Assembly: GCF_037042905.1 (NCBI RefSeq)
Contig: NC_087251.1
Span: 25,980,001 to 26,044,000 of the forward strand
DNA from: Lytechinus pictus
Lineage: Eukaryota
DNA: 64,000 bases
Direction: 5' to 3'
Positions within the stretch are counted from its first letter, which is position 1; every line of letters begins with the position of its first letter. Under the pieces are notes generated by a model. It saw only the letters and a program-made list of their open reading frames with translations. It was not told the DNA's origin and made no database searches. This document shows positions 57,301-64,000 of this stretch, in pieces. The position numbers and the translations under genes are program-made.

Positions 57301-60300
57301 GGACCTTGTGGTTGATCCAACCAAGGAACAGGCAAAGGTATGTCTGATTATTCCATTTGATTTGATGTTATAATACACATTTTCAATAGGTTCTAGCATG
57401 GGGCTCAATGGGTTGTACCAAAAATATATATATACAGCAGGCAGATTGCCTTGTTGAAAATTATGATAAAGTGAAGTGACATGAATGCAACTATTCTGGG
57501 CGCAAATTGGTTACATTTACATCGCTGAGAACATCTAGTCTGCAGGCATACCCTTGGTTTTCGCAATTTGCACAGTGCATAATGCAGAGTCTGAAATAGT
57601 GAGTCTAGATTCACTATGTACTGTGGCTGACTGACAGAGGCTTTGGCGTCTAGTCTTAACTCTAGACCTGTTATTGGTTAGAGCATAACATCATTGTCTT
57701 TATTCATTCCCGCACATGTTAGTATGACTGCATATGTTAGCATTCATCTCACCTATGTTACAGCTCTAACAACCTGTACTGACCGCCTAGATAAGTTGTT
57801 ACACTAACAATGCGCTAACAGAGGCCCTGTTACAACCGGTAATGTGGCAGCAATACCTAATGTTACAACAATACATTATTTACACATTGAAATAAATGTT
57901 TTGACTTCACAATCCGAAAGATGTGACTGGGATAATTGTTAGCGCTCTGCTAGGCTAACAATGTTTCTGTGTTGCCGGATCTGGCCATTTCGAAAACCTT
58001 TCTAGTAAATGTAACCCCCACTTTTTTTGTTTCCATTTCCTTTATTTTCTTTGCTGCACTATGAACATCTACTCATGATGGATACTGGCACATTAAAAAA
58101 TATTCGTAGCTTTTGACAATTGTGACCCTTGATTGTAATTTTTTTTTGGTACTTTCATGATGTTCATTAATTAGTACAAATAGCACAGAAAGTCCAACGT
58201 TGCTCAGATTAACTTGTAACAATGTAATTTTATCATGAATCAAGTTATCATTATGCCTAATCCATACAATATAGGCAAAAAATGATTTTGTGCTACATGT
58301 AATTTTCTATAAGAAATTAATTCTTTTTGTAGCTTGTGACAATAATATACATTTTCCTCCATATGTTCATCGTCTTTTTAGCTCATCCGGCCCGAAGGGC
58401 AAGATGAGCTTATGCCGTGGCGTGGCGTCCGTCGTCTGTCGTCCGTCCACAATTTCAAAATGCTACTTCTTCGCCATTTCAAGTCCGATTTCAATTCTGT
58501 TTGCTTTATATGATAGCACTAGGTGGGGGATTCAAAATTTCTACACAGAATTTTGAAATTCATTAAATATGCTAATTTATGCACATTTTTCAAAATTCAC
58601 AAAAAATGCTTCTACTTTATTTGTTGACCGATTTTGAATCTTTTGCTTCCATCTGGTAGAGCTTCATGAGGTTCACCATACTTCTACACAGAATTTTGAA
58701 ATTTTGACCAGAGCAATATTTATGCTAATTTATGCGAAATTAATTTATGCAAATTTTTAAAAATTCACATAAAATGCTTCTACTTTATTTGTTGACCGAT
58801 TTAGATTTTTTTTCTTCCATCTGGTAGAGCTTCATGAGGTTCACCAGACTTCTACACAGAATTTCAAAATTTTGTCTAGAACAATTTTTAGGCTAATTTA
58901 TGCGAAATTAATTAATTCATATTTTTAAAAATTCACATAAAATGCTTTTTCTTCTTTAATTGTTGACCGATTTGTTCTTCCATCTGGTAGAACTTCATGA
59001 GGTTCACCATACTTTTACACAGAATTTTGAAATTTTCAGTAGAAAATTATTTATGCTAATTTATGCAAAATTAATTCATAAATCACAGAAAATGCCTCTT
59101 CTTTATTTGTTGACCGATTTTGATTTTTTTTCTTGCATCTGGTCGAAATTCATGAGGTTAACCAAACTTGTACACAAAATTTTGTAATTTTGTCTGGAAA
59201 ATTATTTATGCTAATTTATGCAAAATTTATTCATAAATCACAAAAAATGTTTTTTCTTCTTCATATGTTGATCAATTTCAATTTTGTTTGCTTAATATGA
59301 TAGCTCAAGGTTGTGATACAAAATTTCAACACAGAATTTTGAAATTGATTAAATATGCTAATTTATTCATATATTTTTAAAACTCACAAAAATTACTTAT
59401 TTATTTGTTGATTGATTTTGATTATTTTTGTTCCATCTGAGAGCTACATGAGGTTCACCAAGGTTCTACACGGAGTTAAGAAATTTTGACTAGAAAGTTA
59501 TTTACGCTTAATTTATATGAAATTTATTCATAGATCACAAAAAATGCTTCTATGTCATTTCTTCATCAATTTCAATTCTACAGTGCGTATAAAAAAAAAC
59601 GGGACAGATTTGAAAAGTCTATAAAATTTTTGTTTCAAATTATGATCTCTATATTTTGGTGTCAATAGGTGCTCTGAAGTCTTATCCTTCAAATGCCAGT
59701 AAAATAATTTAGTTTTGTTCATGCTTGAGCGAACACGGAATGTTTTTGTCTGGGGTTAAAAAAGAGACTTGCGCCAAAATGGCATAAAATGATAAATATG
59801 ATGGTCAGACTTCTTGCTAATCAGAAGACTTCCTCTTAACCTTTTCATTATCTTTGCCATAATTTTCGAATTATGCGGTCAAAATGTATTTCCAAATCTT
59901 CTTATTTGCTTGAATAGTTCTGTTGTTCCTTTTTAATATGTTCTCTTTTAGCTTTGAATATCCTTCTTTAGGCAAGAATTTTTTTTATTTAAGCCGAAGT
60001 ATGGGAGAGCGTGTGTTTTTTTCAATTACTTTCATTGTGTGCTACAAAGGTTATGGTGCCATTGTACAGCACTTGGCATACTGATGGGTGGGGGCTCGGG
60101 GTGATCCCCCCCCCCCAAATAAAAAAAATCATGACCAAGAATAAAAAGTGGAAAGGAAAATAACAGAAAACATAGAAATTGAAATATGATATCATTTATT
60201 GAATATTATGTCAAAATCACAAAATTTGATATTTTAATAAAAAAGTGGAAATTTTTGCTTGCTCGCTTCACAACCTTTTAATACAATTTACCCGATCTGC

Positions 60301-61856
60301 CATATCTTGCTCCTTCAAAATTGACTCAACACCATTGCCATTGAAAGACATGAATCCTTTCCTGTTTGTCCTGTCAAGCACATTATTAAACTTGGTGAAG
60401 GATTCAATAACCCCTTGAAAATAGGATTCATGTCTTTTATAGGTACCATAAAATAAATTGTTTCTCATACCAGTAATAAAAGGATTTGAATAATTACACA
60501 TTCTCCCAATTAATAATGCAAATCTTCTTACTTGGGTTGACAAAAAGTCTTCTTTTCTTATTAAGGAAAATTAAAAGGTAAAAGAAGTTTAAATGAAAAA
60601 CAAAATAATTGAGGTAAATAAATAATTTTGTAAGTGAAATTTGACAGCATAATTCGAAAATTATGGCAAAGAAAATGAAAAGATTAAGAGCAAGTGTGCT
60701 GATTAGCCAATCATCAAATTTCTAATTTCTGCCATTTTGGCGCAAGCCTCTTTTTGAACCCCCAACAAAAACGTCCCGTGTTCGCTCAAGCATGAACAAA
60801 ATTTATTTTTTTTAATGGCATTTCAAAGATAAGACAGAGCATCTATTAACATAAAAATATAATTTGAAACAAATTTTTTATAGACTTTTCAAAACTGTCC
60901 CGTTTTTTTAATACGCACTGTATATCCTCAATTTCCGCACCAATATAATTCACTACAGTGTCAACTGGGCTGAAATTAAAATTGTGTTAAATTTCGTTAC
61001 GAGATGCCGGATGAGCTCCACATCATTGATGTGCTAGTTTATTCATCCAAAGCTGTTGACCTCTGACCCGAAATGTTTGCTGAATCTTGTTGCCGAGCCT
61101 TGTTGTGCCTTGTCTAATCAAAACCTTAAGAACCAAATACAAACAATCTTTCCCAAGTAAATTTAATAAAAGATGAAACATTACAGAGGATTGTATCACA
61201 AGATGTCTGCTCATATTTGTTTCTTGATTATGCAGTTTCAAAAAACTATTTCATTATTTGTAGTAGAATTCTGTGTTATGCAAGTTTGGCATTATCGGTA
61301 ACATTGAGATGTAAAAAAAAAACCTTTGCTCCATTAATCTTATTTGTAAATAAATCAGGGAATAAACAGTGTGATGTTTTCATTGTTCTTATTGTGTGAA
61401 AATCTCTTATTTGCATTTTAAAGGTAGATTTTAGCTATGGCAACCTTTGCAAAATGAATTCAAACAGAAGCCAAGAAAATGACAATTAAGTGTACGTGTA
61501 CCTTATTTTCAACATGCTAGGTTTTCAGCTAGTTAAAATTATTTCGCAAAATATTGCTTTCTCAAACTATACCAGAACGTACTTTTAGTAGATCTAGAGC
61601 TATGTTATGATGATATAATAATTCACCTTGTTTATTTTCAAAGACTTTTGATCCGGCCCTTGAAATTGTTTGCTGACTGCGTCTACTCTAACTTAACTCT
61701 GGGGTTTAATTTCATTATTTCTGGATTCTTTCTAATTTTGTCAGTATTTTCATCTCATTCTTATAGGATGCTGATTGCATATTAACAGCGGCCATTGACA
61801 GTTCATCACATAACCTCATCACATCTAGCATGCAAGGCAGCTGCACTGTGGAACAA
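33360..61856 (+). CDS. EXOSC5: Exosome complex component RRP46 (RNase PH family), exons 1-5; last exon lies beyond the window
   Basis: Exons 33360-33462 (MTSNQEDK...SKPDGSAVFTQG), 53284-53397 (DTSVMAAVYGP...YKPKVG), 54028-54149 (EKALERMIRNTCE...FPRSSVDIIIQEIQDAGA), 57197-57337 (LLACCINAACLAMINAGIPM...VVDPT), 61767-61856 (DADCILTAAIDS...GSCTVEQ). Phases are consistent and the hallmark RRP46 motifs are present. Confidence 0.92.
34111..38356 (-). mobile_element. Apparently autonomous pogo-superfamily DNA transposon (4,246 bp) in EXOSC5 intron 1
   Basis: TA at 34109-34110 and 38357-38358. Imperfect TIR TGGT-N13-TATCGACCACCT / AGGTGGTCGATA-N12-ACCA. Encloses an intact transposase gene. Confidence 0.8.
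35649..38215 (-). CDS. pogo/Fot-like DD35D transposase (psq-type HTH + CENP-B-type HTH region + DDE_1 + C-terminal PHD-like finger), 593 aa, 3 exons
   Basis: Exons 38215-38201 (MRRKQ|GTAAG), 37552-37286 (AKPQRIRRRNY...SVRRAALKYGIPKTTLLDRL...TKTQ), 37148-35649; both introns phase 0. Catalytic motifs YNVDET, MYDGHTSH and QPLD, with 35 residues between D2 and D3. Ends CCVC...WVACDSKGCTHWVHQKYC...YMCPCH. Exon 1 is the least certain part. Confidence 0.9.
40986..41600. repeat. Local ~240-bp tandem duplication built on a catttggtcta motif
   Basis: The block gtgtgaaatatgt...tttggtctacatgcagtttgcccactt...gcgaaatgtccagttggtctaatttcagcat occurs twice, plus a partial third copy. Confidence 0.8.
42531..42732. 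mobile_element. Small hAT-like MITE
   Basis: Imperfect TIR cactggtggatct / ggatccacccctg, internal poly-C tracts, imperfect 8-bp flanks. Confidence 0.55.
42990..43860 (-). pseudogene. Decayed coding-like segment, possibly a DNA-transposase remnant, interrupted by a MITE
   Basis: Acceptor (tttatcag) followed by broken peptides EHLEMLTKMRKKHERN, RNDDVQLRVAEVELVAEND, YITTMEGRQYTPVLREVSYYLQ, TTYQKMTSDA*ALCNHCIGQTL. Multiple stops and frameshifts. Confidence 0.35.
43473..43708. mobile_element. hAT-like MITE
   Basis: TIR cattggcggcggaag / cttccaccgcctatg. 8-bp TSD attcctgg/attccagg (7/8). Confidence 0.8.
47832..48151. mobile_element. hAT-like MITE
   Basis: TIR cactagcgtaccta / taggtacgctactg. 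Perfect 8-bp TSD CCTGCAGC at 47824-47831 and 48152-48159. Confidence 0.88.
49914..50058. mobile_element. Small foldback MITE (PIF/Harbinger-like ends)
   Basis: agggcctgtttcata / tataaaatgggccct, plus internal inverted tgcaactgttg and atggcaactaccatgg segments. Confidence 0.65.
50340..50930 (-). mobile_element. Decayed LINE (CR1/L2-group) 3' fragment
   Basis: Minus-strand peptides ATRVLNFIRRNF...IKELYLSIV, WNPYT and WNELPS, typical of post-RT C-termini. Confidence 0.55.
52516..52659. mobile_element. Small foldback MITE
   Basis: gggcccgttgcagaaagagttg / caactctttctgcaacggaccc (21/22). Flanks cag/ctg. Confidence 0.8.
52765..53051. mobile_element. Tourist-like (PIF/Harbinger) MITE
   Basis: Perfect 26-bp TIR ggcccgtattctgaagttgggtttaa, with a TTA TSD on both sides. 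Confidence 0.9.
54150..57196 (+). other. EXOSC5: U12-type (minor spliceosome) GT-AG intron 3 of EXOSC5
   Basis: Donor GTATCCTT matches the U11 consensus. Branch-like TTTTCTTGAC at 57171-57180, with the A 17 nt before the acceptor. Weak polypyrimidine tract. Confidence 0.88.
54775..56997. mobile_element. Probable non-autonomous TIR element (~2.2 kb) with a reiterated GGTAACTGACRTTACA motif
   Basis: 11-bp TIR GGGCATTTTCA / TGAAAATGCCC. About 9 co-oriented motif copies. No clear TSD. Confidence 0.6.
58378..61039 (+). mobile_element. Helentron-associated non-autonomous element (HINE/DINE-1-like) carrying ~145-170 bp tandem repeats
   Basis: Inserted in a T run. subTIR agctcatccgg (58380) has inverted partners at 58403-58410 and 61007-61017. 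(gtcc/gtct)n microsatellite. 3' hairpin cacatca-t-tgatgtg followed by ctagtt. Confidence 0.85.
59581..60920. mobile_element. Tc1/mariner-like non-autonomous element nested in the HINE
   Basis: TA TSD. Ends cagtgcgtat...acgggaca / tgtcccgt...atacgcactg. Imperfect inverted arms of ~300 bp. Confidence 0.88.
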
Positions 61857-63214
61857 GTGAGTGTTCTAAAAGTTGATTTTTAAAGCTGTTTATAAAATTA
61901 TGCATAACCTTACAAAAGATTGGAGTGTGGTAAGCCAAGTCAGTGGCGTAACAGGGGGGGGGGGGCAAGCTGCCCCCCCCCCCTGGCGGATTTCACCGGA
62001 AAAATTAAAAAAAACGGGGGAAAAAGAAAAGGAAGGGGGAAGGAAAGGGGAAAGGGAAGGGGAAAGGGAAGGAGGAAAGGGAAAAATCAAAAGAAAACGA
62101 AGAAATTATCATTTTTTTTAATGGAAAAGGAAGGAAAGCGGGAAAAGGAACGAAAGAAGAACATTTGAGAAAGAATAAATCATTCCGAAATAGGCCTATG
62201 GAAAGCAATAGCATGATGGGAAATAAATTTAAAGATAACAAAATGGCAAACAATAGCGGGAAATGAAGGTAGAATGGAATTAGTCAAAAGCTAACTTGGA
62301 ATACAAAGAAGAACAAGAAAAAAAAACTCTTAAAAACACGACAGGGCTGCCGAGGATTGAAGATAAAGAGCGGGAAGAAAGATGGATTGCATGCATACAA
62401 CATTGTGCTATAAGCTTGCTAAATTTTATGCAAAAAAGCTACCAGGGCTTTGCCCCAGACCCGACGCAGTAGGGGCTCTTCATCTATAGGCCTAACATTC
62501 AAATGGCTCTATAACGCCCCCCCTCCCCCTGTAGGGACCCTTCCTACATTAAGCTTTTCATTTAATCATCACTGGCGTACAGGCATGGGGGGGTCTTGGT
62601 TCCACACCCAATGGGAAATAAAAGAAATTATAGGAGACAAAGTAATGAAACGAATGGAAACAATGAAATGTGTTATTTGCTGAATATAATGGAAAATCTA
62701 TCACATAATTAGAATTTGATTTCAATAGGCAATTAATTTTTTACCAGCTCGCTTTGCTCGCTGGCGACTTTTTACAAATTTTCCCACATCGCTATGTTTT
62801 GCCTTCTCAAAATATTTGGTTCATTACGCAACTGGGTTGAATAAATGTGTTGTGTAAAAGCTATATCCTGTATATACCCGCGATTTGATTAAAAATAGCG
62901 ACAATCTGCGAGGTTTAAATGGCTCTGATATAAAAAAGTTCCGGGGGCTCCGCCTAGGACCCCAACCGCATAGCACTGCCGTATGTGAGTATGGTAGGGT
63001 TGGGCCATTGCCCCAAAAAGTTCTGCAAACAAGAAAAAGGAGGAAAGAAAAGCAAAGGAAAAGTGTAGGACTATGATTTTATTTACTGAATATAAAGTCA
63101 AAAATATCTCAAAGTTAGATTTTCTAGAAAAGGTGATTTTTCTCTCGCTCGCTTTGCTCGCTCGGGATTTATATTAAGTGGCTTTTTAGCACATGCGCCA
63201 TACTGCACCCCTCG

Positions 63215-64000
63215 TTTTTGTCTCACCTGCATAGCAGAGTGAGACTATAGGCGCCGCTTTTCCGACGGCGACGGCGGCGGCGGCGGCGACGGCGGCGACG
63301 GCGGCGGCGGCGGCGACGGCGACGGCGGCGTCAACACCAAATCTTAACCTGAGGTTAAGTTTTTGAAATGACAGCATAACTTAGAAAGTATATGGACCTA
63401 GTTCATGAAACTTGGCCATAAGGTTAATCAAGTATTACTGAACATCCTGCCTGAGTTTCATGTCACATGACCAAGGTCAAAGGTCATTTAGGGTCAATGA
63501 ACTTAGACCATGTTGGGGGAATCAACATCAAAATCTTAACCTAAGGTTAAGTTTTTGAAATGTCATCATAACTTAGAAAATATATGGACCTAGTTCATGA
63601 AACTTATACATAAGGTTAATCAAGTATCACTGAACATCCTGCATGAGTTTCACATCACATGACCAAGGTCAAAGGTCATTTAGGGTCAATGAACTTTGGC
63701 CGAATTGGGGGTATCTGTTGAATTACCATCATAACTTTGAAAGTTTATGGATCTGATTCATGAAACTTGGACATAATAGTAATCAAGTATTACTGAACAT
63801 CCTGTGCAAGTTTCAGGTCACATGATCAAGGTCAAAGGTCATTTAGGGTCAATGAACTTTGGCCAAATTGGGGTATTTGTTGAATTACAGCCATAAATTT
63901 GAAAGTGTGTTGGTCTAGTTCATAAAACTTGGACATAATAGTAATCAAGTATCAGTGAACATCCTGTGCGAGTTTCAGGTCACATGATCAAGGTCAAAGG
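63215..64000 (+). mobile_element. Second HINE/DINE-1-like element (5' part; runs off the window)
   Basis: T run, then gtctcac...gtgagac stem, (GGC/GAC)n microsatellite at 63263-63330, then ~160-190 bp tandem repeats containing caaggtcaaaggtcatttagggtcaatgaac. Confidence 0.8.

Overview
AT-rich, repeat-dense animal genomic DNA with spliceosomal introns. The repeat landscape suggests an echinoid (sea urchin); that assignment is an inference. There are two host genes on the + strand. The first is a complete 12-coding-exon kelch-repeat protein gene (20517-28905, 584 aa). The second is EXOSC5/Rrp46 (exons 1-5, 33360-61856, last exon beyond the window), which has a ~19.8 kb first intron and a U12-type third intron. 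Inside EXOSC5 intron 1, on the - strand, is an apparently intact 4.2 kb pogo-superfamily (DD35D) transposon. Its spliced 593-aa transposase ends in a PHD-like finger, and its asymmetric ends are shared with a 1.5 kb non-autonomous relative at 16024-17514. The first 15 kb are nested DNA transposons: a 10.3 kb foldback/MULE-like element with ~2 kb inverted arms and a 9-bp TSD sits inside a TAG..CTA element that has its own 9-bp TSD. Between the two genes is a cluster of four Penelope-type minimal hammerhead ribozyme motifs separated by (TA)n tracts. Many MITEs, two Helentron-associated (HINE-like) elements and decayed LINE fragments are also present. All calls come from manual reading; no database searches were run.
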